From: an uncultured SAR86 cluster bacterium
Lineage (GTDB): Bacteria; Pseudomonadota; Gammaproteobacteria; Magnimaribacterales; D2472
DNA: 64,000 nucleotides
Assembly: GCA_902557645.1 (NCBI GenBank)
Contig: CACEAP010000005.1
Location: forward strand, 10,181-74,180
Direction of reading: 5' to 3'
Shown piece after piece: positions 32,041-42,509 of this stretch (positions are counted from its first letter, which is position 1; every line of letters begins with the position of its first letter). The notes beneath the pieces are model-generated. The model was not told the origin of the DNA. It saw only the letters and a list, made by a program, of their open reading frames with translations, and did not search any database. The position numbers and the translations under genes were made by a program.

Positions 32041-32274
32041 ATGAATAATTTAATACACTTAAAACACGCTGATCCTATTATTGACCAGTGGACAAATGCT
32101 TTAGATAAAGATGCAGCATATAAGACAATTGCTTTTAAATTTTTTGGTGGTGATTCTGACAAACTAGATATTTATCTTGATAAATTTGGAGAATCACTTA
32201 CAAATATAAAAGTTAAAGTTAACGATATGGCAAATACTGAGGTAAGAGAATATAGACAATTAGCAATGTTTTAA
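32041..32274 (+). CDS. Hypothetical 77-aa protein, putatively SOS-regulated, C-terminal QLAMF
   Basis: ATG 7 nt after the -10 hexamer; open frame; the track's TTG start at 32005 is the -35 element. Confidence 0.75.
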   Translation: MNNLIHLKHADPIIDQWTNALDKDAAYKTIAFKFFGGDSDKLDIYLDKFGESLTNIKVKVNDMANTEVREYRQLAMF

Positions 32275-33686
32275 ATAATTGCTTTAATTTCTAAGTATTC
32301 TTCTAACCCGTATTTACCGTGTTCTCTTCCATTTCCTGATAGCTTAAATCCACCAAAGGGTGCTGGAACTGAACCTCTGCCTATCTTATTAATTATAGAC
32401 TGACCTGAATGAATTCTTTTAGCAATATTATACCCATCATCATAGTCTAGACATGTAATATAGTTAGATAAACCATATTTTGAATTGTTTGCAATATCTA
32501 TAGCATTATCAATACTAGAATAGCTAATAATTGATAAAACTGGTCCAAATATTTCTTCTTGCGCGATAGTTGCAGAATTATCAACATTAATAAAGACAGT
32601 TGGTCTTATAAAATAACCACTATTGCAATTATCAGGATTTCCAAGTCCTCCAGTTACAATTTCATAACCTTCATCTATACCACTTTTGATAAATTCTTGA
32701 ATAGTATTATATTGTTTTTTGTTAACAACCGGTCCATGTGTGGTATTTTCATTATTTGGATCATTAAATATCAATGTTTTTATATGATTAACAATAATAT
32801 TTTTAATATTATTAATAGAAACCTCTGGAATCAATAATCTAGTTGGCGCTGAGCATGATTGCCCAGAATTAATAAAACATTGATTTATTGCATTTGGAAT
32901 AACAGCATTTAGATCAACACCTTCACAAACTATATGTGCAGATTTCCCACCAAGCTCTAATGAAACTCTTTTTACTGTTTTCGCTGCTTTTTCTTGGATA
33001 TCAATACCTGCAATTGTAGAACCTGTAAATGAAATCATTTTAATATCTGGGTGAGTTGAAATAATTGGGCCTATTTCAGAACCAATTCCATTAATACAAT
33101 TAAAACAACCTTTCGGTAAAGCTGAGTTATCAATTACATCTATAAGCAATCTACTGCTAACAGGTGAATATTCACTAGGTTTAAGAATTATAGGGCAGCC
33201 AGCTGCTATAGCTGATGCAATTTTAGTTAATGTTTGATTGAGCGGCCAATTCCATGGAGTTATTAAGGCAGATACACCAATTGGCATTTTAAAAACCTTA
33301 TAGCCATCATACTTTTCTTCAAACTTATATTTTTTAAGCTCACTAATAGTATTAATTAAATGATCTGTTCCCATTTGAATATGCGCATTGCTGGTTAAGG
33401 TAATTGGCGCTCCCATTTCAAGGGTCATAGCTTCAGCAAATTCTTTTCTTCTTACTTCTATTTGATCATTTATAGACTGTAAAACATCAATTCTTTTAAC
33501 AATACTTATATTAGCTGCAACTTTTTCATTTTCTTTAGCTGATTTAACAGCTTGATTTACTTGATCAACTGATGAGCATAGAAGAGTTCCATATTGATTC
33601 TCATTAGCAGGATTAATTAAATTAAAATTAATACCAGTTGGTTCATCAATTAAGTTACCAGCAATATAGGTGTTTGAAATTTTCAT
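32271..33686 (-). CDS. Aldehyde dehydrogenase
   Basis: PWNWP, KPSE, FTGS, LELGGKS, GQSC, EEIFGP. Confidence 0.93.
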   Translation of the reverse strand: MKISNTYIAGNLIDEPTGINFNLINPANENQYGTLLCSSVDQVNQAVKSAKENEKVAANISIVKRIDVLQSINDQIEVRRKEFAEAMTLEMGAPITLTSNAHIQMGTDHLINTISELKKYKFEEKYDGYKVFKMPIGVSALITPWNWPLNQTLTKIASAIAAGCPIILKPSEYSPVSSRLLIDVIDNSALPKGCFNCINGIGSEIGPIISTHPDIKMISFTGSTIAGIDIQEKAAKTVKRVSLELGGKSAHIVCEGVDLNAVIPNAINQCFINSGQSCSAPTRLLIPEVSINNIKNIIVNHIKTLIFNDPNNENTTHGPVVNKKQYNTIQEFIKSGIDEGYEIVTGGLGNPDNCNSGYFIRPTVFINVDNSATIAQEEIFGPVLSIISYSSIDNAIDIANNSKYGLSNYITCLDYDDGYNIAKRIHSGQSIINKIGRGSVPAPFGGFKLSGNGREHGKYGLEEYLEIKAII

Positions 33687-33813
33687 TTTCTTTATTATTA
33701 ATCATATAAATAAATTGTACAGTTAAAAAATTTCTAGATTAAAAGTAGATCTTATTTTATGGGTTATTGTTATATACTAATATTAATTAATGCAAAAAAA
33801 CGTGGAGGTTTCT

Positions 33814-36309
33814 ATGCATAATCTTATTAAAAATTTTACACTTTTATTTTTTTCATTCTTTACTATTTTACTCGTTGCTCAAGATAATCAACAAGATGCC
33901 AATGATGGAGTTACAGAACTAGAAGAAATAGTAGTAACAGCAACATCAAGAGAGTCGTCACTTTTAGATGTTCCATATAATATTTCAACCATTTCAGGAG
34001 CTGATTTAGAAGAAAGAGCAGTTCAGGATACTAGTGAATTACTTAGAAGTTTTGCTGGAATAAGTACAATAGACAGGGGTTATAGAAATGCAGGAACTAC
34101 TAATAGTGCAAGAATTAGGGGTTTAAATGTAGATTCATCAGCTCTTCAAGATTATCCTGTAAGTTCCGTTGCCTCAGTTTCAACTTATGTGGATAAAACT
34201 CCTATTTTCGCTAATTTTCTTTTAAAAGATCTAAAGCGTGTAGAAGTCTTAAGAGGTCCTCAGGGAACTCTTTATGGCTCAGGAGCTTTAGGTGGCACTA
34301 TAAGATATATAACTAATGATCCAATCATGGATGAGATGAGCGGAAGTGTTAATGTAACAACTTCAGATGTTACAGGCTCTAATTCACAAGGTTTTGCATT
34401 AGATTTAGTACTAAATGTCCCCTTAGCTGACAATGTAGCTTATCGATTAGCTTATTCACATGCTGACTATCCTGGTATTACAGATTATGTAAATGTTTTC
34501 AGAGTTTCAGATATTCCAGGCTTTGATTCATGGTTTGGACCAGTTGATCCATCTTATGGCGTTCCAACTCCAAGAGGAGGCACTGGTTATCCAGATTTTA
34601 TAACTTCACCACCTTCTATTAAAACAGTCCAAGATGCCGATACTGTTGGTATAGATTTTTTTAGACATAAATTATTATTTGATATTAATGAAAATATTGA
34701 ATTAGTTATTACTGCAACAACACAAGAAGATGATGTTGGAGGAAGAAGACAGGCATCAACAGGTACTAAGTACATGTTAAATGAATCATGTGTTTCATTA
34801 ATGGATGCAAATTGCTATTCAACAGGCACTTATGGTAAATATGAAAATGGAGCTTTAATGTTAGAGCCTTCTGAGAGAGAAGTTGAAGTTTATGCTTCAG
34901 AGTTAACCTACGATGCGGATAACTTTGATTTAATTGTTTCGTTATCTACATACGAAAAAACCGGTTCAAGTATTACAGATAATACTGGTTATTTTGCAGG
35001 TACTGGAGTTTATACCTCAGCGCTAGCTGGTTATTATAATCAGACAGCTGGAGGAATATGGAGTACGCCAGCAAGACCATATTCACCAGCACATAGACAA
35101 TATAGCAATTCAGCTGATACTTTAGAAATAAAATATATCTCAGAAGTGTCTGAGACATTTGATTATATTATTGGCTATTTTAATCAATCAGAAGATATGT
35201 CTAGGGCGCAACAAACTTATATTAAAGGTGTTAATGTCTGGAAGGGCTATTATTGGGGTGTTGATTATGTAATTGATCCTAATGAACAAGATTTTGATTA
35301 TCTGGTTAATGAAACAATAGATCATGAAGCTATATATGGTGAATTTACCTTCCATCTTAATGATGAATATGATTTAACTTTAGGGTTTAGAGATTTTACT
35401 TCAGATGCTGACGCTAATATGAATATGTCATTTAAACTATACAATATTGGTCCAGCAACAGATACATCAACTAATTCAGACTCAGATACTTTACTTAAAG
35501 CTAATTTGGCATACAAACCTGCAGATAATGTTACTTATTTTGCTACTTTATCTGAAGGTTTTAGACGCGGTGGTGTAAATGCTGTGCCTACAGAGGGAAC
35601 TTTTATTGAAGAGGCTGGATGGGTTCCATTTCAATCTGATACAGTCACAAATCTTGAGATTGGAGTAAAAGGTTTTGTGGGAGATACTTATTACAACATG
35701 AGTTTGTATAACGTAACTTGGGATAATCCCCAGCTTAATACTGCAACACCTGTATATGGTTACTATGCGGTAATTAATGGTGAAGAGGCTGAGACTAAAG
35801 GATTGGATCTTGAAATGCAGGGAACAGTTGGTGCATTAGATTGGAATATTGGATATGCTTTTAATGATACAAATCTTACAAAAGATCTCTTTACTCCAGC
35901 ATCTATTCCTGTTCTCTATGCAAGCAAAGGAGCAAAGCTTCCAGGCAGTCCTGAGCATATGTTAAATATTGGACTCGCTTATACTCATTATTTTAACTCT
36001 GGTATTGGTCTAGCTCAGAGACTAGATTTTTATTCTCAGTCTGATACTAGAAATTATATTGGGGATAGCTCTTTATATGATGCTAAGTTTGATGGATTTA
36101 GAATAACAAACATGTCCTCAACTTTTTTTAAAGATAATACTTATTTATCTATTTTTATAAAAAATCTAGGAAATGAAAGAGGCGTTACAGGGGCATTTTT
36201 AAACCCAGCCTTTGGACCACAGCTCTCCCAGGGTTTTTATGGAAGCAATAATAGAGAATTCTTTGCACTTCCAAGAACTTTAGGTATTTCTCTTAACAGA
36301 GCTTTTTAA
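33814..36309 (+). CDS. TonB-dependent receptor
   Basis: GGAGG SD then ATG 33814; LEEIVVTA, RVEVLRGPQGTLYG, C-terminal F. Confidence 0.93.
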   Translation: MHNLIKNFTLLFFSFFTILLVAQDNQQDANDGVTELEEIVVTATSRESSLLDVPYNISTISGADLEERAVQDTSELLRSFAGISTIDRGYRNAGTTNSARIRGLNVDSSALQDYPVSSVASVSTYVDKTPIFANFLLKDLKRVEVLRGPQGTLYGSGALGGTIRYITNDPIMDEMSGSVNVTTSDVTGSNSQGFALDLVLNVPLADNVAYRLAYSHADYPGITDYVNVFRVSDIPGFDSWFGPVDPSYGVPTPRGGTGYPDFITSPPSIKTVQDADTVGIDFFRHKLLFDINENIELVITATTQEDDVGGRRQASTGTKYMLNESCVSLMDANCYSTGTYGKYENGALMLEPSEREVEVYASELTYDADNFDLIVSLSTYEKTGSSITDNTGYFAGTGVYTSALAGYYNQTAGGIWSTPARPYSPAHRQYSNSADTLEIKYISEVSETFDYIIGYFNQSEDMSRAQQTYIKGVNVWKGYYWGVDYVIDPNEQDFDYLVNETIDHEAIYGEFTFHLNDEYDLTLGFRDFTSDADANMNMSFKLYNIGPATDTSTNSDSDTLLKANLAYKPADNVTYFATLSEGFRRGGVNAVPTEGTFIEEAGWVPFQSDTVTNLEIGVKGFVGDTYYNMSLYNVTWDNPQLNTATPVYGYYAVINGEEAETKGLDLEMQGTVGALDWNIGYAFNDTNLTKDLFTPASIPVLYASKGAKLPGSPEHMLNIGLAYTHYFNSGIGLAQRLDFYSQSDTRNYIGDSSLYDAKFDGFRITNMSSTFFKDNTYLSIFIKNLGNERGVTGAFLNPAFGPQLSQGFYGSNNREFFALPRTLGISLNRAF

Positions 36310-36315
36310 AAGTAT

Positions 36316-37962
36316 TTGAAAAAATATTTATTACTTTTACTTTGTATTCCGCTAACTTCACAAGAGTTAGCGGATGTATTGTGGAGTAAAGCACAACTAT
36401 CAAATACATTTCATTACGCTGATATATCTAAAGCAGCTATAGATCTTCCAAATAATGGAAAATCATTTTCTGGTATTTTAAAAGTTGATCAGCCTGCTAT
36501 TGGTATTGGTTATAACGTAATAATAGATAGTAGGAAAATTTATCAAGATAATCATAAAAATATTCCAAAATTTGAAATAGAAATATCTTCCCTTGACGGT
36601 AAAGTTTATCCAAAAAATACAAAAATCATTGAAACAAACCATTTATTTTGGAATATACAATTTGGAGTTGGCTCCTCTAAACTTGAAATCTCTTCTTCTA
36701 ATACATTAATTACTCTACCTTTTAGTCTTATTCATAAATCAGCAAATTGTATACATAATGGCATTGGGGTATTTTCTATTTCAAATGATAATCAAATATC
36801 TAATATAATTTTTGAAATAGCTAGTGAAACTTGTGCATATTATAAGTTTGATTATGTAGGTTTATATTCTGCCAATTTTCAATTCACAAACGCTCTTCCA
36901 AATTTATCTAATAATAGTGATAAGAATATAATTTCTATAGAAAATCTATACAAACGATACAACTTAACCAATAAATCTTTTTTAAATTCAGATTATATTG
37001 ATCCTTCTAATGTCACTATGTTTGGTCTTATAGATAGTAATAATCACTATGTTAGTTCTTGCATGACAAGATTAGGCAATTACCCATTTTGTGATCAAAT
37101 TTTATTACCATCTTATTCTTTAGCTAAATCAATAGCAGGCACTTTTTCTTTATCTCTTTTAGAATCACAATATGGCTCAATTTCAAATTTATACGTATCT
37201 GATTTAGTCCCAGAATGTTATGGACGTAAATGGAAGAATGTGACACTTAATAATCTATCTGATATGTCTACTGGCCAATATTTTAACTCTATTCATGACT
37301 TTGACGAGAGTAGTGTCGCTTCATCAGAAGTTATTTTCATGTTTGAAGAACATAAAGATAAAATCAAGAAAGCTTGTTCGGCTTTTCCAAAAAAAACAAA
37401 ACCTGGAACCCGTTTTGTTTATCACACTTCAGATACCTACATTTTAGGACTTGCTTTAAACAACTTCTTGCAATCTAATTCAAATAGAAAAGATTATTTT
37501 AATGATGTCTTAATACCATTTCTTGAATCAAATAATTTAAGTCAAACTTCTCAATCAGTTTTGGCAACCAATGACAACATTAAACAGTCATATACTGGAT
37601 GGGGTATGTTTTTTTTAAGATCTGATTTAGATCGCTTAGCAACAATTATTCATAATATAAAGAATAACTCATCTACACAATTAACCTATTTATATGATGC
37701 ATTAAATCCAAATGATAATAATTCGTTACTGGCAATTCCCTCTGTTAATATCTATTACAATAATGGCTTCTGGTCACGTAAATTTGATAAGAATATCTTT
37801 AATTGTTCTGAGGATGTTTGGATTCCATTTATGTCAGGTTTTGGCGGAATAACTTTTGCTTTTTTTCCTAACGGTATGAGTTATTACTATTTTAGTGATG
37901 GGTATGAATTTGCTTGGGAATCAGCTATATTTTCATCACATTCTATTAAACCTTTTTGTTAA
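36316..37962 (+). CDS. Exported serine hydrolase, beta-lactamase / penicillin-binding fold, with extra N-terminal domain
   Basis: SLAK (SxxK), PGTRFVYHT, MSGFGG; signal-like N-terminus; TTG start. Confidence 0.7.
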   Translation: MKKYLLLLLCIPLTSQELADVLWSKAQLSNTFHYADISKAAIDLPNNGKSFSGILKVDQPAIGIGYNVIIDSRKIYQDNHKNIPKFEIEISSLDGKVYPKNTKIIETNHLFWNIQFGVGSSKLEISSSNTLITLPFSLIHKSANCIHNGIGVFSISNDNQISNIIFEIASETCAYYKFDYVGLYSANFQFTNALPNLSNNSDKNIISIENLYKRYNLTNKSFLNSDYIDPSNVTMFGLIDSNNHYVSSCMTRLGNYPFCDQILLPSYSLAKSIAGTFSLSLLESQYGSISNLYVSDLVPECYGRKWKNVTLNNLSDMSTGQYFNSIHDFDESSVASSEVIFMFEEHKDKIKKACSAFPKKTKPGTRFVYHTSDTYILGLALNNFLQSNSNRKDYFNDVLIPFLESNNLSQTSQSVLATNDNIKQSYTGWGMFFLRSDLDRLATIIHNIKNNSSTQLTYLYDALNPNDNNSLLAIPSVNIYYNNGFWSRKFDKNIFNCSEDVWIPFMSGFGGITFAFFPNGMSYYYFSDGYEFAWESAIFSSHSIKPFC

Positions 37963-37969
37963 ATAAACT

Positions 37970-39133
37970 ATGAGTAATTCATCATTATCAACAACCTTTG
38001 ATCAATCAAGTTTTATAGCAGCAATTTTCTATAGTATTTTAGCGACTGCAGGTTTATTTTATGTAAATCTGGGTGGAGCATTTTTGTCTGCCTTTGTTGA
38101 TGGTTTAGGTGTTGAAAGAGATACAGCAGGCTTTATTGTGAGTGCAAATAAATATGGAGCTGCTTTTGGTGCCTTGATCGCAACCTTTATAGTTAAGAAT
38201 GTAGAATGGAGAAAAGCTGTTAGATTATTATTTATCGGATTAATAGTTTTTGATCTTATTTCAACACAGATTACAAATCCAAATATATTAATTTTAGTAC
38301 GTTTTATCCATGGAACAATTGGTGGGCTTTCAGTAGGAATAGGATTATCAATAATTGCAAGAACATATAATCCTGACAAAATATTTGGAATGCTCTTAGC
38401 TGTTCAATATTCATTTGGCAGTATTGGCATTCTTGCTGTTCCTAGACTTGTTGATGCATATGGTCAAGGCGCTTTATTTGCAACATTAATATGTTTCACT
38501 TTAATGACATTGATCATCTTGCCTTTTATTCCAGATGTAGATTCAAACAGCGAAACACCAAAAAATAAATCTAATTTTTATCAAATACCCTTATCTGGAC
38601 TTCTGGTCTTATCCTTATGTTGTCTATTCTTATTTCAAGCAGCAAATATGGGTGTTGCTGATTATGCTTTCGAGTTAGGTAAAGATATTGGATTGGATAA
38701 AAATGAGATATCAAACCTATTAACGATTGCTAACTTTATTTCAATTTTAGGTGGAGTACTAGTTTATATAATAGGAATTAAATTTGGTAGAACAATCCCT
38801 CTTTGTTTTGGAATATTCACCGCTGCAGTATTTACGTATTTACTTCACTATTCTGATAATGTTAATAATTATTTTATAGCGAACACTATGACTGGAATAG
38901 CATGGGGTTTTACAATTCCTTATTTATTAGGCTTATGTGCAACTTTTGACAAATTTGGCCAAATGGCTGCTTTAGCAGGGTTTATATCTAAATTAGGATT
39001 AGCATCAGGACCCCTGATTGGTGCACTTTTTATAATGACGCAAGGCTTTAGTTTTATTATTAATTTAGCAACTATAGCTTTAATAATTGCTTTATTATTT
39101 GGGGCTTATGTAGGTATGAAAAAAGAAAATTAG
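37970..39133 (+). CDS. MFS transporter
   Basis: About 12 TM segments, RFIHG, GPLIG. Confidence 0.85.
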   Translation: MSNSSLSTTFDQSSFIAAIFYSILATAGLFYVNLGGAFLSAFVDGLGVERDTAGFIVSANKYGAAFGALIATFIVKNVEWRKAVRLLFIGLIVFDLISTQITNPNILILVRFIHGTIGGLSVGIGLSIIARTYNPDKIFGMLLAVQYSFGSIGILAVPRLVDAYGQGALFATLICFTLMTLIILPFIPDVDSNSETPKNKSNFYQIPLSGLLVLSLCCLFLFQAANMGVADYAFELGKDIGLDKNEISNLLTIANFISILGGVLVYIIGIKFGRTIPLCFGIFTAAVFTYLLHYSDNVNNYFIANTMTGIAWGFTIPYLLGLCATFDKFGQMAALAGFISKLGLASGPLIGALFIMTQGFSFIINLATIALIIALLFGAYVGMKKEN

Positions 39134-39973
39134 ATGAGTATTTTAAGAGTAGCCTCATTACAACTTGAGTTAAAAAAAACCAATAACTTTAAATATGTCG
39201 TTGAAGCTATAGAAAAGTGTTTTGAAGATGATAAAAGCATTGAGTTAATTATTCTTAGTGAGTTAGCAGTAGGCGGTGCAGGAGCAAAAAATACAAATTA
39301 TGAATTAAATAAATATCTAGAGTCTTTCCAAAACTTAGCAAAAAAATTAAATGTCTGGTTAATTCCTGGATCATTTTATGAAAATGATAATGGACAAATT
39401 TTTAATACAGCCCCAATTATTAATTCAAATGGCGAGCTCGTTACAAAAGCAAAAAAACTATACCCTTGGCTTCCTTATGAATGTGATGTTGCGCATGCAG
39501 ATAATATTTGTGTCTTTGAAATACCTGATAAAGGCTTAGTGGGTGTTCATATTTGTTATGACCTCTGGTTTCCAGAAACCAGCAGGGCATTAGCATTAGC
39601 TGGAGCAGAACTAATAATTAATCCAACTTTAACACCAACTAAAGATAGAGATATTGAAACACTTATGGTTAGAACAACAGCTGCACAGCAACAACTATAT
39701 TATATTGATGTTAATAGCTGTGGTGAGCAAGGTTGTGGTAAATCAATAGTTGCTGACCCTCATGGAAATATCATGCATAATTCAGGTAATGAAGAAGATA
39801 TTTTTACTGTAGATATAGATTTTAACGTAGCAAATAATTCCAGAAGAAATGGTTTTATGGGATTAGGGCAAAATCTTAAAAGTTATAGAGATAAACCTTT
39901 CAGCATTAAAAATACAATTAATAAAAATTACCTAGATAATCTAGGTAGGCTGGATATCAATAAGGATAAATAA
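39134..39973 (+). CDS. Carbon-nitrogen hydrolase (nitrilase superfamily amidase)
   Basis: E-K-C triad: LSEL, KLYPW, ICYDLWFPE. Confidence 0.9.
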   Translation: MSILRVASLQLELKKTNNFKYVVEAIEKCFEDDKSIELIILSELAVGGAGAKNTNYELNKYLESFQNLAKKLNVWLIPGSFYENDNGQIFNTAPIINSNGELVTKAKKLYPWLPYECDVAHADNICVFEIPDKGLVGVHICYDLWFPETSRALALAGAELIINPTLTPTKDRDIETLMVRTTAAQQQLYYIDVNSCGEQGCGKSIVADPHGNIMHNSGNEEDIFTVDIDFNVANNSRRNGFMGLGQNLKSYRDKPFSIKNTINKNYLDNLGRLDINKDK

Positions 39974-41337
39974 TGAGTTTAAAAAAATTAGCTAAGATAG
40001 ATCAAACAAATCTATTTCATCCTATAACAAATTTAAAATCTCATGCAGAAGATGAAGATATATTAATTCTTGATAAAGGAGAGGGAGTATATGTATATGA
40101 TACTAATGGTAAAAAATATCTTGAGGGTTTGGCTGGTCTTTGGTGCACATCATTAGGCTATGGTGTTCAAGAATTAGCTGATGCTGCTTCAGAACAAATG
40201 GCAAAACTCGGTTATGCCTCTTTATTTACATCAAAAAGTCATGAACCAGCTATTAGATTAGCTGAAAAGTTAATTGATATGTCTCCATATAATAACGGTA
40301 AAGTTTTTTTTGGAAACTCAGGTTCAGATGCTAATGATACTCAATTAAAAATATTTACTTATTACAATAATGCTTTAGGAAATACTAAAAAGAAAAAAAT
40401 TATTTCAAGACTAAAAGGATATCATGGTGTTACTGTCGCAAGTGCAAGTATGACTGGTCTTCCTGCACAACATAAACTTTTTGATCTACCAGCGGAAGGT
40501 TTTTCACATATCGATACTCCTCATTATTATCATGGAGCAAAAGATAATGAATCTGAAAGTGAATTTGTTCAACGTCTTGCTAATAATTTAGATTCATTAA
40601 TATATAAAGAGGGCTCTGAGAATATAGCTGCAATGATTGCAGAACCATTAATGGGAGCAGGTGGCGTTATTATTCCTCCTAAAGATTATTTTCCTGCTAT
40701 ACAGTCTGTTCTTGATAAATATTCCATACCTCTTATTGACGATGAGGTAGTGTGTGCATTCGGAAGAACAGGAAATGTTTGGGGAGCTGAAACATTTGAT
40801 ATGAAACCATCATCTATAACTATTGCTAAAGCACTTTCTTCTGGTTATCTTCCAATTAGTGCTGTAATTATTCCAGATGAAATATATGAACCTGTTAGAG
40901 ATGCAAGTGGAGATATAGGTATATTTGGTCATGGTTATACTTACTCTGGTCATCCAGTAGCCTGCGCTGTAGCAATAAAAACACTTGAAATATATGAAAG
41001 AGATAATATTTTTCAACATGCTGCCTCTATGGGAGATTATTTTCAAACTAGAGTAAATAAATTAAATTCATTTGATAGTGTAGGAGAAGCTAGAGGTGTT
41101 GGATTGATCTGTGGAATTGAACTAGTAAGCAATAAAACAACAAAAAAAGGGTTTGATCCAATGGGTTCTGCTGGACGTGTAGTTGCTAAAGCATGTCAAG
41201 ATGAGGGGTTGATTGTAAGAGCTATTGGTGATGTTTTAGCAATGTGCCCACCATTAATTATTACAAAAAAAGAAATTGATGAAATGTTTGATATGTTTGA
41301 GATAGCATTAACTAAAGCTGAAGAGGTTATTCTTTAA
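39973..41337 (+). CDS. Class III PLP aminotransferase (omega-amine:pyruvate type)
   Basis: AGLWC, SGSDAND, YHG, DEVVCAFGRTG, AKALSSG, HGYTYSGHP. Confidence 0.9.
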   Translation: MSLKKLAKIDQTNLFHPITNLKSHAEDEDILILDKGEGVYVYDTNGKKYLEGLAGLWCTSLGYGVQELADAASEQMAKLGYASLFTSKSHEPAIRLAEKLIDMSPYNNGKVFFGNSGSDANDTQLKIFTYYNNALGNTKKKKIISRLKGYHGVTVASASMTGLPAQHKLFDLPAEGFSHIDTPHYYHGAKDNESESEFVQRLANNLDSLIYKEGSENIAAMIAEPLMGAGGVIIPPKDYFPAIQSVLDKYSIPLIDDEVVCAFGRTGNVWGAETFDMKPSSITIAKALSSGYLPISAVIIPDEIYEPVRDASGDIGIFGHGYTYSGHPVACAVAIKTLEIYERDNIFQHAASMGDYFQTRVNKLNSFDSVGEARGVGLICGIELVSNKTTKKGFDPMGSAGRVVAKACQDEGLIVRAIGDVLAMCPPLIITKKEIDEMFDMFEIALTKAEEVIL

Positions 41338-41366
41338 TTAATGATACTTTATGTTAAATTACAAAA

Positions 41367-42455
41367 ATGTTAATAGGCGTACCTACTGAAATTAAAAATA
41401 ATGAATATAGAGTTGGATTAACTCCTGATTCTGTTTCATCAATAGTTAATTCTGGTCATACAGTATTCATTCAAAAAGGTGCTGGTTTAGGCATTGGGTT
41501 TACTGATGAGAATTATACTAATTCCGGTGCATTAATTATTAATTCTGCTAAAGAGGTTTACCAAAAATCTGAATTAATAATCAAAGTAAAAGAGCCTGTA
41601 GAATCAGAATATGAATATTTACACAAAGATCTAACTTTATTCACTTATCTGCATTTAGCTGCAGATTCAGATATGGCAAAGAAGTTTATAGAAACTGGTG
41701 TTAGAGGTATAGCCTATGAAACTGTTACCTCAGATGATGGCTCGATGCCTCTTTTAGCCCCTATGAGCGCAATAGCAGGACAAATAAGCATAGTTGTAGG
41801 CTCATATCACTTACTAAAACACAATAAAGGTAAGGGTGTGCTCATTGGCGGCATGAATGATATAGCACCCAGAACAATTAGTATTATAGGTGGAGGCGTT
41901 GCTGGCACTGAAGCTCTTAGTAAAGCATTAGACAATAAAGCTCATGTAAAAGTAATAGATTTATCTCAAAAAAGGCTGGACGAACTCAAAGAGAAATTTG
42001 GAACTGATAATATGGAATATATATTGTCAACGCCTGAATCAATTAAAGATGCTGTATCTGAGTCTGACTTAGTTATTGGAGCAGTCTACATTCCTGGAAA
42101 AGAGGCTCCACAAATAGTTACATCAGAAATGATAAGTAATATGAAGCCAGGATCTGTAATTGTAGATATATCAATTGATCAAGGGGGTTGTATTGAAACT
42201 AGTAATCCAACAACTCATGATGCACCAACTTTTTTAGTGAATGATGTTGTACATTACTGTGTAACAAATATGCCGGGCGCAGTACCTCTAACAGCTACAT
42301 TAGCCTTGAACAAAGCCACACTCTCATACATATTAGAAATTGCTAATAATGGAATTGAAACAACTTTAAGCAAGAATCCTCATATTAAAAATGGCCTAAA
42401 TTGCGAAAATGGTCAACCTAAACATCCTGGCGTTTTAGAAATTTTTAATAAATAA
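41367..42455 (+). CDS. ald: Alanine dehydrogenase
   Basis: GVPTEIKNNEYRVG, KVKEP, YLHLA, PLLAPMS, DQGGC, NMPGAVP. Confidence 0.92.
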   Translation: MLIGVPTEIKNNEYRVGLTPDSVSSIVNSGHTVFIQKGAGLGIGFTDENYTNSGALIINSAKEVYQKSELIIKVKEPVESEYEYLHKDLTLFTYLHLAADSDMAKKFIETGVRGIAYETVTSDDGSMPLLAPMSAIAGQISIVVGSYHLLKHNKGKGVLIGGMNDIAPRTISIIGGGVAGTEALSKALDNKAHVKVIDLSQKRLDELKEKFGTDNMEYILSTPESIKDAVSESDLVIGAVYIPGKEAPQIVTSEMISNMKPGSVIVDISIDQGGCIETSNPTTHDAPTFLVNDVVHYCVTNMPGAVPLTATLALNKATLSYILEIANNGIETTLSKNPHIKNGLNCENGQPKHPGVLEIFNK

Positions 42456-42509
42456 AATCTTAATATATTCCTTGTAGAATTTTTTTAAATCTCTGTATAT
42501 AATTTTATT

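Noticed and set aside
42493..42508. CTGTATATA half-site resembling a second SOS box
   Set aside because: No matching ACAG half-site at the required spacing
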